DNA from: Ramlibacter sp. | GTDB lineage: Bacteria > Pseudomonadota > Gammaproteobacteria > Burkholderiales > Burkholderiaceae_C | Direction of reading: 5' to 3' | NCBI GenBank assembly: GCA_035571715.1 | Contig: DATNCB010000898.1 | Location: 1 to 63,977, forward strand | DNA: 63,977 nt | Shown here: positions 28,992 to 38,178 of the stretch, piece after piece | Position numbering within the stretch: position 1 is the first letter of the stretch | How the letters are laid out: the number at the start of each line of letters is the position of its first letter | Notes under the pieces: model-generated | Database searches by the model: none | Seen by the model: the letters and a program-made list of their open reading frames with translations, nothing else | Told to the model about the DNA's origin: nothing | Position numbers and translations under genes: made by a program

Positions 28992-30968
28992 ATGTTGTGG
29001 CTCCGGCAATCGACCGCCGTGACGGTTTCATTCGGGCCAGCCGTCGCCAATACGGACGGCGTGACCCTCGTGACGAACCTGACCGGGACCGGAGCCAACC
29101 AGACCGAAAATACCTCGACCGGCATCCGGCTATCGAAAAACGGTGGCGCGTTCGCTGCCAGGCATGCCACGGCCGGGGCGAGCAACTACGACGCCTTCGG
29201 CAATTATCTTGTGCCGCTCGACACGACGGACACCAACACCCTCGGGACGCTGCGCATGCAGTATGCCAACGCTGCGGCATTCTGTCCGATATTCATGGAT
29301 TTTATGGTGGTCAACACGGCGCTGTGGGACGCGCTGTTTGCCGCCAGCGGCGGGGCGATTCCCAATGCGGTTGCAGGCGCATCCGCGGGTCTACTCATCA
29401 GCGGAAGCAACGCCGGAACGACAACTCTGGCTGCTTTAACAGTCACCGGGGCGACAACATACACCGGGAACGTGGTTCTCTCCGATGGCCTGACCATCTC
29501 AGCCCCCAGCACGCTCAATCGGGCCGGGTTGAGTATCGCCGGGAACGGTACAGGAGCCGGCTTGAGCGCGACGGGCGGCGCGACCGGCGTTGGGTTCAGC
29601 ATTGTCGGCGGCGCGACATCGGGCGACGGATTGAAGATCACCACGACCTCGGGGCACGGCATCAACTCTGCCCCGGTCGGCACGAGCATGCACGGCTTCC
29701 TCGCCACCGGGGGCAACGGTGGGACCAGCGACGGGATCAAGGCGGCGGCCGGCACCGGCGGGGTCGATTTCCGCGCGAACATGACCGGCAACATCACCGG
29801 CACGCTGGCGACCCTGACCACGTACACAGGAAACACGGTGCAGACCGGGGATTCGTTCGCCCGGATTGGCGCGGCGGGGGCCGGGTTGACCGCCCTGGGC
29901 GACACTCGGATTGCCAACCTAGACGCAGCCGTCACGACGCGCATGGCGACGTACACGCAACCGACCGGGTTCCTGTCGGCGACATTCCCGAGCGGCACGA
30001 TCGCCAACACGACGAATTTGACGGCGGGCACCATCGCGACCGTGACTAACCGCGTGACGGCGAACGCCGATCAACTTGCCGGGCAAACCGTGACGGCGGC
30101 GGCCGGCGTCACATTCCCGTCCTCCGTGGCGAGCCCGACCAATATCACGGCGGGGACGATCACGACGGTCACTGGCGCTGTCGGTAGCGTGGCAGGCAAT
30201 GTCGCAGGCTCGGTCGGCAGCGTAGCGGCTGGCGGGATCGCGACGGCCTCCTTTGCGGCCGGTGCCATCAACGCAACCGTCATCGCGACGGACGCGATCG
30301 GATCGGATCAACTCGCCGCGACGGCCGTGACCGAAATTCAGGCCGGCCTCGCCACGTCCACGGCGCTCGCCACGGTACAGGCCGACACCGACGATATTCA
30401 ATTGCGTCTTCCTGCGGCGCTCGTCGGCGGCCGGATCGACGCGAGTGTGGGAGCGGTGGCGGCGGCGGCAATCTCGGCCGCCAGTTTCGCCGCAAATGCG
30501 CTCGACGCTGTATGGTCAACGGCGGCGCGAATCCTGACCGCGGGCACCAATATCGTGCTCGCCAAAGGGACCGGGTTGACGGGGCTGAACGACATCAGCG
30601 AGGCCAACGTGAGAACCGCGCTCGGCGTCGCGACGGCCAATCTCGACACGCAACTGGCGACGATCGACGCTGACGTGCTGACGCGCTCGACCTATGCCGG
30701 AGGCGCAGTCGCGAGCGTGACCGGCAATGTCGATGGCTCGGTGGGGAGCGTCGTTGGATTGACGCCAGGAAACCTCGACGTTGCAGTTTCGACCCGCCTT
30801 GCCAGCGCGTCATATGCCGCCCCGGATAACACCGCCATCGCCGCGATCAGAGCGCAAACCGACGCCTTGACCTTCACCGTGAGCGGCCAGGTGGACACGA
30901 ATATCAGATCGGTCAACAGCATCACCGTGAGCGGAACTGGCTCGGCGTCGGCTCCCTGGGGTCCATGA
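28992..30968 (+). CDS. Tail fibre-like protein
   Basis: MLWLRQSTA..V.FGP, RLSKNGGAFA, TTDTNTLG.L; long Ala/Gly/Thr repeats. Confidence 0.65.
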   Translation: MLWLRQSTAVTVSFGPAVANTDGVTLVTNLTGTGANQTENTSTGIRLSKNGGAFAARHATAGASNYDAFGNYLVPLDTTDTNTLGTLRMQYANAAAFCPIFMDFMVVNTALWDALFAASGGAIPNAVAGASAGLLISGSNAGTTTLAALTVTGATTYTGNVVLSDGLTISAPSTLNRAGLSIAGNGTGAGLSATGGATGVGFSIVGGATSGDGLKITTTSGHGINSAPVGTSMHGFLATGGNGGTSDGIKAAAGTGGVDFRANMTGNITGTLATLTTYTGNTVQTGDSFARIGAAGAGLTALGDTRIANLDAAVTTRMATYTQPTGFLSATFPSGTIANTTNLTAGTIATVTNRVTANADQLAGQTVTAAAGVTFPSSVASPTNITAGTITTVTGAVGSVAGNVAGSVGSVAAGGIATASFAAGAINATVIATDAIGSDQLAATAVTEIQAGLATSTALATVQADTDDIQLRLPAALVGGRIDASVGAVAAAAISAASFAANALDAVWSTAARILTAGTNIVLAKGTGLTGLNDISEANVRTALGVATANLDTQLATIDADVLTRSTYAGGAVASVTGNVDGSVGSVVGLTPGNLDVAVSTRLASASYAAPDNTAIAAIRAQTDALTFTVSGQVDTNIRSVNSITVSGTGSASAPWGP

Positions 30969-31456
30969 GTAGCAGTTGGGGCACCTCATGGGGGGTGGCA
31001 TGGTCCGGCAGTTGGGGGTCGCTTCGCCCCCCGGTCATTGCGCGGACGCTTTATGTACGCGCTCCGTCTCCGCGACAGCCAAGTTTCCCGCCGCCATTCC
31101 CATTTTTGAGCCCGAGCGGCGAGGAACTGAACGTCTCTAATTTTGCCGGGATCGCGATCCCCACAGAGCCCGATATCGGTATCGCCTTGGTGATTGACCT
31201 TTCGACGCGGCTCGGCCAAAGCGCCGCTATCTCTCAAGCTGCGGTCAGCCTTCTATCGGCGAACGGCGCGGACGCCACGCCGGGCTCGCGGCTATTCGGG
31301 CAAGCGACGATCATCGACGTGCGACCTCGGACGCGACAGGCCATCCGGCAGGTGCTTGTAAACCTTGTCGCCGGGGGACAGTATGTCGCATGGATCAGCG
31401 TCGGCACAGCAACCGGCCAGCGATACACCTTCGTCGCGCCCTTCACGGTGGCGTGA
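30965..31456 (+). CDS. Hypothetical fibre-associated protein
   Basis: SWG repeat N-terminus; ATGA-coupled. Confidence 0.55.
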   Translation: MSSSWGTSWGVAWSGSWGSLRPPVIARTLYVRAPSPRQPSFPPPFPFLSPSGEELNVSNFAGIAIPTEPDIGIALVIDLSTRLGQSAAISQAAVSLLSANGADATPGSRLFGQATIIDVRPRTRQAIRQVLVNLVAGGQYVAWISVGTATGQRYTFVAPFTVA

Positions 31457-31791
31457 TCGCTCTCGTCGCCCTGACCGCCGCGGCCAACGCGCAACCCGCC
31501 GGGTGCATCGACCCGCCCGCTGACTGGTCCACCCCGTACTCGCAGGGGACGATCCAGTTCACCAGTTACTTCATGGGCCAGAAGTTGTTTGCGGTGGCGT
31601 ATTTTAGCGGCGAGTTCCACTTCCATATCAACGTCCCGCTGTCGGTCGCGCAGCCGTTTACGAGCCTGGCCTCGGCCGATCAGCGCTACAACACGTTCGT
31701 CAAGAACACGTACAAGCAGGCGATTGTTGGCCCAGAAACCTGTCCTTTGCGGGCCGAGGACGGCAATTTCCTTTTGGGGCAACAGCCATGA
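31453..31791 (+). CDS. KTSC-like domain protein with signal peptide
   Basis: VAYFSGEFHFHINVP.....FTSLASA...YN..VK; N-terminal IALVALTAAANA. Confidence 0.55.
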   Translation: MIALVALTAAANAQPAGCIDPPADWSTPYSQGTIQFTSYFMGQKLFAVAYFSGEFHFHINVPLSVAQPFTSLASADQRYNTFVKNTYKQAIVGPETCPLRAEDGNFLLGQQP

Positions 31792-32675
31792 ACCGATGGA
31801 TCGCCCCGCTTCTCGCGATCACAGCTATCGCGCTCCCGTGGGGTGCCGAAGCCGCGTGCGGCAAGATCACCGATTGCCCGACCGCGAGCACGCCCCTCTC
31901 CGGTTCCGAGCAGATCGTATTGGTTCAAGGCGGCGTGACCAAGAAATTGACGGTGAACTCCCTCGGGGCTTCGCTGCCAAACGCCGGTATCACGCAACTA
32001 ACCGGGGACATCGCGGCCGGCCCTGGTGTGGGATCGGTTGTGGCAACGCTACCGAACCTCACCACCGCCGGAACCGCGCTCAAAATCACATTCAACGCCA
32101 AGGGGCAGGTTACAGGCGGCACGACCGCGGCATGTGCGGATTTGAGCGATGCCGGCACGGGCTGTTCCGGCTCGGCGTCGGCTGTCGGAGCCAATCCGAC
32201 CGCGACCGCTGGCGCATCAGCCGTCAACGGTTCGGCCACGACGTTCATGCGGTCGGACGGCGCGCCGGCTCTTGCCGCCGCCTCGACCTCGACGGCCGGG
32301 ATCGCCAAGCTGCACAACGTCCCGATTGCGATCGGCTGGCCGGCGGCCCTCAATCCGAACGACACGATCCTGGCAGTCATCAACCAAGCGTCCACGATCA
32401 GCGCTATCATCGGCTCGGTTGAGACGGCTACCGGGAGCGCGGCGACGGTCTCGGTCTACAAGGCCCCGAGCGGGACTGCATGTTCGGCCGGCACCGTGCT
32501 GCATTCCGGTTCGTTCAACGCGAACGGGACCGCGGCGACCAACCAAACGCTGACCGTAACGACCTCGACGATCGCGGCCGGGGAGCGGCTGTGCTTGCAG
32601 ACAACCGGCACGACGGCGTGGACCGGCGGCACCGGCATCGGGACGATCACCGTGTTTCTGGCCCCGACGCCATGA
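31788..32675 (+). CDS. Fibre-like protein with signal peptide
   Basis: MNRWIAPLLAITAIALPWGAEA; ITFNAKGQVT and TFMRSDGAPA fibre motifs. Confidence 0.6.
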   Translation: MNRWIAPLLAITAIALPWGAEAACGKITDCPTASTPLSGSEQIVLVQGGVTKKLTVNSLGASLPNAGITQLTGDIAAGPGVGSVVATLPNLTTAGTALKITFNAKGQVTGGTTAACADLSDAGTGCSGSASAVGANPTATAGASAVNGSATTFMRSDGAPALAAASTSTAGIAKLHNVPIAIGWPAALNPNDTILAVINQASTISAIIGSVETATGSAATVSVYKAPSGTACSAGTVLHSGSFNANGTAATNQTLTVTTSTIAAGERLCLQTTGTTAWTGGTGIGTITVFLAPTP

Positions 32676-33388
32676 TGCTCCGACTTGCACTTACGCTCGC
32701 GATCTGCCTCGCGTTAGGCGGCGGGAGCGCCGACGCATGGTTGATTGGTGGATCGGGGGTGCCGCAGAAATTCGTCCTGGGGCCGCACATCGCCTCTCAG
32801 GGGTTCCAGAACACCACTACCCCGGCCATCGACACGTCCGGCTATGGCTTGATCGTCCTCGGGATCGCCTACAACGCAAATGGTGGGTTCCCGACGCTTT
32901 CGGACAGCAAGAGCAATACCTGGCTTAACGCATCTTCCGGCCTCATCGGTCTCTATGAATATGGCGAGTTGTGGTACTGCTCGCCTTGCACTGTCGGGGC
33001 GTCGCACACGTTCTCGATTACTGCGACTACTCTAGCGGCTCCGGCGATTGTTGCGGCGGCCTTCTCCGGGGTCAAAACGTCATCTCCCTACGACCAGCAC
33101 AACAGCAACGCGGCAGCGAGCGTCAACACCCTTACGACCGGCTCTGTTACGCCGACAGAAAATTCAGAGCTTGTCGTTCACATGGTTGGGGTCTACGCGA
33201 GTGCCCCGACCACCAATGTTGGGGCGATAGTGGATCAGATCGCCGTTACCTGCCCGGCTGGCTGCAAATACGGTGTCGCGCTTGCCTACGAAGCGCAGAC
33301 CACAGCAACGACGCGCAACGCGACGTGGAACAACGGGATCACAAACGATCTCGCGACCGGGATCGCGACGTTCAAAGCCGCCCCATAA
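32672..33388 (+). CDS. Lectin-like protein with signal peptide
   Basis: MMLRLALTLAICLALGGGSADA; resembles 28274..28990. Confidence 0.55.
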   Translation: MMLRLALTLAICLALGGGSADAWLIGGSGVPQKFVLGPHIASQGFQNTTTPAIDTSGYGLIVLGIAYNANGGFPTLSDSKSNTWLNASSGLIGLYEYGELWYCSPCTVGASHTFSITATTLAAPAIVAAAFSGVKTSSPYDQHNSNAAASVNTLTTGSVTPTENSELVVHMVGVYASAPTTNVGAIVDQIAVTCPAGCKYGVALAYEAQTTATTRNATWNNGITNDLATGIATFKAAP

Positions 33389-33403
33389 CACGGAGGATTG
33401 ACG

Positions 33404-33622
33404 ATGGCATTCCGCAAATACCCTGCCGAGGGGCCTAACCCTCGTTTCCGCGCCGTGGTGCCAGGGCAGGCCGGCGGCGGCGGCGTCAGCCGCGATCCGA
33501 CGCAGGGGCCGCCGAGCGGTAGCCGTGGCCCGTACAGGCGGCCCGAGAACCCCAATACCGAGCGGTGGGGGCAACTGGACCGCGACTCCGAGGACAATTC
33601 TGGGGCTGTCCACGACTGGTGA
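33404..33622 (+). CDS. Hypothetical protein
   Basis: GGAGG RBS. Confidence 0.55.
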   Translation: MAFRKYPAEGPNPRFRAVVPGQAGGGGVSRDPTQGPPSGSRGPYRRPENPNTERWGQLDRDSEDNSGAVHDW

Positions 33623-33625
33623 GGC

Positions 33626-33964
33626 GTGACCAGCGCCGCACCGCTGCTCAACGTCCCGCACGAGCAATCCGATTGGGCCTCGTGGAGCTTCCAACTCGAC
33701 CAAAACGTCAGGGACATCACCCAGGCGCTCCGCATGCAGCGGGGCGTCAGCCTCGTCGAATATCAGATTTTTCCGATCCCCGAGGCTGCGGTCGGCGAGT
33801 GGCTTGAGCGGGTGTCGGGCGTCATCGGTGACATCTGCCAAGAGTTGAACGTCCAGAGCGCCGACATCGAGACGGTCGATTTACAGGACGAGCGCGAGCG
33901 GCAGGCGTGGGTCTGGCAGGTTTTCACCGAAATCAACGCCGCGCGGGGGATGTTGAAAATCTGA
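33626..33964 (+). CDS. Hypothetical structural-module protein
   Basis: Packed ORF. Confidence 0.6.
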   Translation: MTSAAPLLNVPHEQSDWASWSFQLDQNVRDITQALRMQRGVSLVEYQIFPIPEAAVGEWLERVSGVIGDICQELNVQSADIETVDLQDERERQAWVWQVFTEINAARGMLKI

Positions 33965-34005
33965 CGATCCGTGGTACGGTGCAACGCACCAATTCGGAGG
34001 CTGCG

Positions 34006-34551
34006 TTGTCAGTCGTCAAGCTGTTCCCCTACGACATCACGCCGATCCTCGATATGCTGCCGGCCTTTGACGACCTGTGGGGCGAGGATCGGCTAAGACA
34101 AACGCTGCCGTTCTCCCCGCACAAGAACTCCGAAGTTATCCATTTGAGGCGACAACCTGGGTCAAGGCCACGCGACATTCTGCACCAGTTGGCCTCGGTG
34201 GCGACGCGGCATCACATCGGCGCGCTGGCCGTGGCGATCGACGAGATTTGCGTTCGGACGGAGGGCCGACCGGCGCGGGCGATGCTGGTGCGGCTGTCGC
34301 CGGGCGGGGTCATCGCCGAGCACACGGACACCGGCATCTACTTCACGAACACGGAGCGCTTTCACGTCCCGATCTTAACGAACCCGAAGGCGTGGCTGAC
34401 GGTGGACGGCGAGAAATACCATCTTGCGGCGGGGGTCTGTTACGCCCTCGACAACAAGGTGGCGCACTCGGGCGCGAACGAGGGGGATGCGGCCAGGATT
34501 CACCTGATTATCGACACGCACCCGGAGAGCCCGGCGGTGCTGGCGGGATGA
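34006..34551 (+). CDS. Aspartyl/asparaginyl beta-hydroxylase-like 2OG-Fe(II) oxygenase
   Basis: LSPGGVIAEHTD...RFHVPILTN...NKVAHSGAN....RIHLIID; GGAGG before TTG. Confidence 0.85.
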   Translation: MSVVKLFPYDITPILDMLPAFDDLWGEDRLRQTLPFSPHKNSEVIHLRRQPGSRPRDILHQLASVATRHHIGALAVAIDEICVRTEGRPARAMLVRLSPGGVIAEHTDTGIYFTNTERFHVPILTNPKAWLTVDGEKYHLAAGVCYALDNKVAHSGANEGDAARIHLIIDTHPESPAVLAG

Positions 34552-34622
34552 CCGTCACCTGCCAAGTCGAGGGCTTCGTCGCGGCGCTCGCCGACATCAT
34601 CCCGCTTGTTGATGCACATTGA
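34548..34622 (+). pseudogene. 24-aa N-terminal remnant of a GNAT-like gene
   Basis: MTVTCQVEGFVAALADIIPLVDAH*, ATGA-coupled, ends inside the start of the next gene. Confidence 0.4.
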
Positions 34623-35073
34623 CCACCCGGCATCTGCGGCGGCTCTTGCCGAACTCCTATCCGCATTGGCCGATGATGACCTAGCCGAATTGGCGTGTCT
34701 TTCGCAAGGCAACCCGATCCGAGCGCTGTTGCGCGTCCTTGACCGCTCGACCTATTCGTTTTGCGCCCGCGACGATCGCAATCATGTGGTGTTCGTCGGT
34801 GGCGTGATGCTCGACGATCCTCCGTACCTTTGGATGATGGCGGCCGCCGGAGCGGTGGCGCGAGACAAAAAAGGATTCCTGCGGACAACCCGTGCCGAAC
34901 TCGGCGAAATCCTGTCCCGATGGCCGACGCTGCAATGTGCTGTGGATGATCGCTGGGTAAAATCGTTGCGGTGGCTGAAATGGCTGGGATTTGTTAAGGT
35001 CGGCGACCGCGAGGCTTTCGGCCGCCACGGCAGCCTGATGGAGATCAGCCGGAGATGCCCGAATTTGTCCTGA
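34612..35073 (+). CDS. GNAT-fold protein (T7 gp13/internal virion protein A-like)
   Basis: LADDDLAEL...WM...VDDRWVKSLRWLKWLGF. Confidence 0.7.
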   Translation: MHIDHPASAAALAELLSALADDDLAELACLSQGNPIRALLRVLDRSTYSFCARDDRNHVVFVGGVMLDDPPYLWMMAAAGAVARDKKGFLRTTRAELGEILSRWPTLQCAVDDRWVKSLRWLKWLGFVKVGDREAFGRHGSLMEISRRCPNLS

Positions 35074-36410
35074 TAATGCTGATCTTGGCTCTATTCCGCG
35101 CCGTATTTTTCCGGTGGGGATCGCCCACCACCCTTCATGACCCATTTTCCGCTATTTTTGCCCTTGGAGACATTCTCTTGGGCGGTGAGGCGTTGGCTGG
35201 CCTCTTTGGCGCTGGTGAGGCCGCTGCTGGCATCGGGGCTGGCGAGGCTGCCGCCGCTGGTATCGGTGCGGGGGAGGCTGCGGCGGGCGGCGCGTTCACC
35301 GGCGACCTTCTGGCGGGCGGTGGCCTGTTGGGGGCCGGCGAACTAGCCGGCAGCGCGGCGAGCACGATCCCCGAAGCGATTTCGTTGGGCGGCGCTGGCG
35401 CGGGTGCGGCCGGGGCGGGGGCGCTCGATCTAGGGGCCGGTGCGCTTGACTTTGCTGGCGCGGGTTCCGGCGGATTGGACTTGGCGCTCGGCGGCGGCAG
35501 CAGCGGCATCATCCCCGGCGCGGTGCCGGCGGGTTCGGTTCCAGGCATCGAGGGCGTCACGCCGCTGGCGAACCTTGCCAATCCGGCGGTCCCGGCCAGC
35601 GCGGCGTCGCCGGTCGGCGCGAGCGCGTTGCCCAGCGCGGCGGCGTCAGCGGTGCCGTCCAGCATAGGGGAGTTGTCGCCAGCGGCCACGGGCACCTTCA
35701 CCAACACGTTCGAGGCCGGCCCCGGCACCAGCGTCTTGAGCTTTGACCCCGCCACGGGGGCGACCACGGCCGGCGGTGTCGGCGACGCAAGTTCCGCGTC
35801 GAGCGCCGGCGGCGGTTTGACCAGCGGGTTCGACAAGGCGATCGGCAGCATCACCGGCGGCGCGCTGAACAGCAAAGACCTCGGCCTTGCGGCTTCCTTG
35901 GGCGGCCTCGGCATGAACCTGCTCAAAGGCAACCAGCCGATCCCCGGCGAGGCGCAGACTCGGAACGCAGCGAACAGCCTCGCGGCGACGGCTGGCGCGC
36001 AGGCCAACAAGGGGCAGCAACTCGAATCGTTCGTAAACACCGGCACGCTGCCGCCGGGGCTTTCGGACGGCCTCAAGACGGCGACCGCCGCGGCCGAGGC
36101 GCAGATCAGGTCCGGGTACGCGAATCGCGGCATGTCGGGATCGTCGGCGGAACAGCAGGACATCGCCGCAGCGCACGAGCGCGCCCACAACGCCGCGGCG
36201 CAGATCGCGCTACAGCTTCTCTCGCAGGGTTCGGCGATGGTCGGGCAGGCGGTCAACACCGAGGGGCTGGCGGCCCAAATCTACCAGGCCATAAGTCGGG
36301 ATGCGCTCGCCCAGGACCAGGCGCTCGGGTCCGCGATCGGCAATTTCGCTGGCGCGCTCGCCGGCGCTGGCGGTGGGGGAGCCGGGACGATCACGTTGAA
36401 GGCCGCGTGA
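35055..36410 (+). CDS. Internal virion/ejection protein
   Basis: Gly/Ala-rich hydrophobic; YANRGMSGSS motif. Confidence 0.6.
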   Translation: MPEFVLIMLILALFRAVFFRWGSPTTLHDPFSAIFALGDILLGGEALAGLFGAGEAAAGIGAGEAAAAGIGAGEAAAGGAFTGDLLAGGGLLGAGELAGSAASTIPEAISLGGAGAGAAGAGALDLGAGALDFAGAGSGGLDLALGGGSSGIIPGAVPAGSVPGIEGVTPLANLANPAVPASAASPVGASALPSAAASAVPSSIGELSPAATGTFTNTFEAGPGTSVLSFDPATGATTAGGVGDASSASSAGGGLTSGFDKAIGSITGGALNSKDLGLAASLGGLGMNLLKGNQPIPGEAQTRNAANSLAATAGAQANKGQQLESFVNTGTLPPGLSDGLKTATAAAEAQIRSGYANRGMSGSSAEQQDIAAAHERAHNAAAQIALQLLSQGSAMVGQAVNTEGLAAQIYQAISRDALAQDQALGSAIGNFAGALAGAGGGGAGTITLKAA

Positions 36411-36411
36411 C

Positions 36412-38178
36412 GTGTCCGACCTCGCCACGCGGGACGAGCCGCCATCGGTGCCATCGGCGATCCCGCCGGGGCCAAGCGGCTTTGCGAACGCGATGGGGGC
36501 CGGGCCGACGCCGGGCGAGATCGCCAAGGTCAAGGGCGAGAGCGCGGCGCATCAAGAAAAGCTGAAAGCGGCCGGCGACGAACTGGTCAAGAGTACGGAG
36601 GCATCGAACGCCGCGCGTCACGCGCTGATGCTCCAAAAGCCTCCCATGCCGCCTCCGCAGCCCGCGCCGACGATGCAGAATACCAACCCGGTCGAGGCGT
36701 GGGGCTCGCTCGCTATGTCGATGGCGATGCTGGGCAGCGCCTTCACCAAACGCCCTCTGCTCAACTCGCTCAACGCCGCCGCTGACGTGATGAAGGCGTA
36801 CCAGGCGAAGGACGCCTCTGCGTACAAGACGGCGTTCGACAAGTGGAAGGCCGAGAGCGACTACAGCCTCAAGCTCTACGAATACCAGCACGAGTCCTAC
36901 AAGGACGCGCTGGATATGATCGCGACCGACTCGAAGGGCGCGCTGGCGCTGTTCAACGCGAAGGCGGTAGCGCTCGGCGATAGCCCGATGGAACAGTTTG
37001 CGAAGGGGGAGAAGTTAACCGAAGCCGTGGCGCTCGCTAATGAGCGCAAGGCGCGCACCGATCAGATGATAACGCAGACAGCGGCCGCGCGGCGAACGGG
37101 CGAAGTCAACCAGGAGGTTCTGGATGCTGGCAATGCGCTCCGGGAGAACCCTAACGACCCCGAAGCGCAGTTGCGGTACAAGAACGCCCGAGCGGCACAG
37201 CATGACCTAGCCTCGAACGCCTCTGCCGCCAACGCCCCGGAGTTTCACGCGAGCAAGGAGTTCGTCATCCGGGACGCCCAAGGGAAAGAAGTTGAGCGGG
37301 TCATGGGCCGCGAAAGCATGCGCGGTGAGAACAAGATCGTCCGAACCGACAATAACCAGCCGATCCAACTGCAACCAGGGCAAACGATCCATTCTGCGCC
37401 GCCCGGCAGCGAGGGCCGGCAGGCGGCGTCGCAGGCCAACAGGCTGATCGGCGCGACCAGCGAACTGGCGGCGTCGCTGAAAAACCTAGTCGAGTTGCCG
37501 ATTGATTCAAATGCCGGTGCGTTCATGGGTTTGCAGTCGATACAGCCGGACAGCCTCAAGGCGGCAATCGGGCGCGTGGCTGCGACGCATCTTGTCGGTG
37601 AACAGGCATTGGCCGTGACACAGCAATTCACCGGCCTTCAACGGCAACTGGCGACCATCGAATCGCAGGGCGCCGCGCAAGGGCTGGTCGGGCTCACGAC
37701 GGCCAACAATGTTCTGGTCCCGCAAAAAGGCTGGTCTGGAACCGCCGTCATGCGATCCTATGCCGAGATTAGGCAGATCGCAGAGGCCAATATCCGCGCC
37801 ATGCTGTCGTCGGACGCCGTGAAGGAGCCGCAAAAAGAACTGCTGCGGAACTTGCAAAAAGAGATCGAAAAGGCGGTCCCGTACAGCGTGCACGATGTCA
37901 ACCAACTGGCGTTCGGCGGCAAAAAGAAGTTCAAGGAGTCGGTCAATACGTTCGCCGAACGCATGCTGGCGAGGCGTGAGGCTGATTCGGAGAAGCCGTC
38001 GCCTGTGCCATCGTCTCCATCCCCTGCCACCACCGCGCCAGCCGGACAGCCGAGCGCGCCACCCCCTGTGCCCGAGGCGTTGAAGGGCATGACGCTCAAA
38101 GGGTGGTCGCCGAGCACGCAGCGGTTCTACGACGACGCTGGCAAGGCGTATGACAAGAACGGTGCGCCCGCGCAATGA
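36412..38178 (+). CDS. Internal virion/ejection protein
   Basis: Large helical protein at the ejection-gene position. Confidence 0.55.
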   Translation: MSDLATRDEPPSVPSAIPPGPSGFANAMGAGPTPGEIAKVKGESAAHQEKLKAAGDELVKSTEASNAARHALMLQKPPMPPPQPAPTMQNTNPVEAWGSLAMSMAMLGSAFTKRPLLNSLNAAADVMKAYQAKDASAYKTAFDKWKAESDYSLKLYEYQHESYKDALDMIATDSKGALALFNAKAVALGDSPMEQFAKGEKLTEAVALANERKARTDQMITQTAAARRTGEVNQEVLDAGNALRENPNDPEAQLRYKNARAAQHDLASNASAANAPEFHASKEFVIRDAQGKEVERVMGRESMRGENKIVRTDNNQPIQLQPGQTIHSAPPGSEGRQAASQANRLIGATSELAASLKNLVELPIDSNAGAFMGLQSIQPDSLKAAIGRVAATHLVGEQALAVTQQFTGLQRQLATIESQGAAQGLVGLTTANNVLVPQKGWSGTAVMRSYAEIRQIAEANIRAMLSSDAVKEPQKELLRNLQKEIEKAVPYSVHDVNQLAFGGKKKFKESVNTFAERMLARREADSEKPSPVPSSPSPATTAPAGQPSAPPPVPEALKGMTLKGWSPSTQRFYDDAGKAYDKNGAPAQ

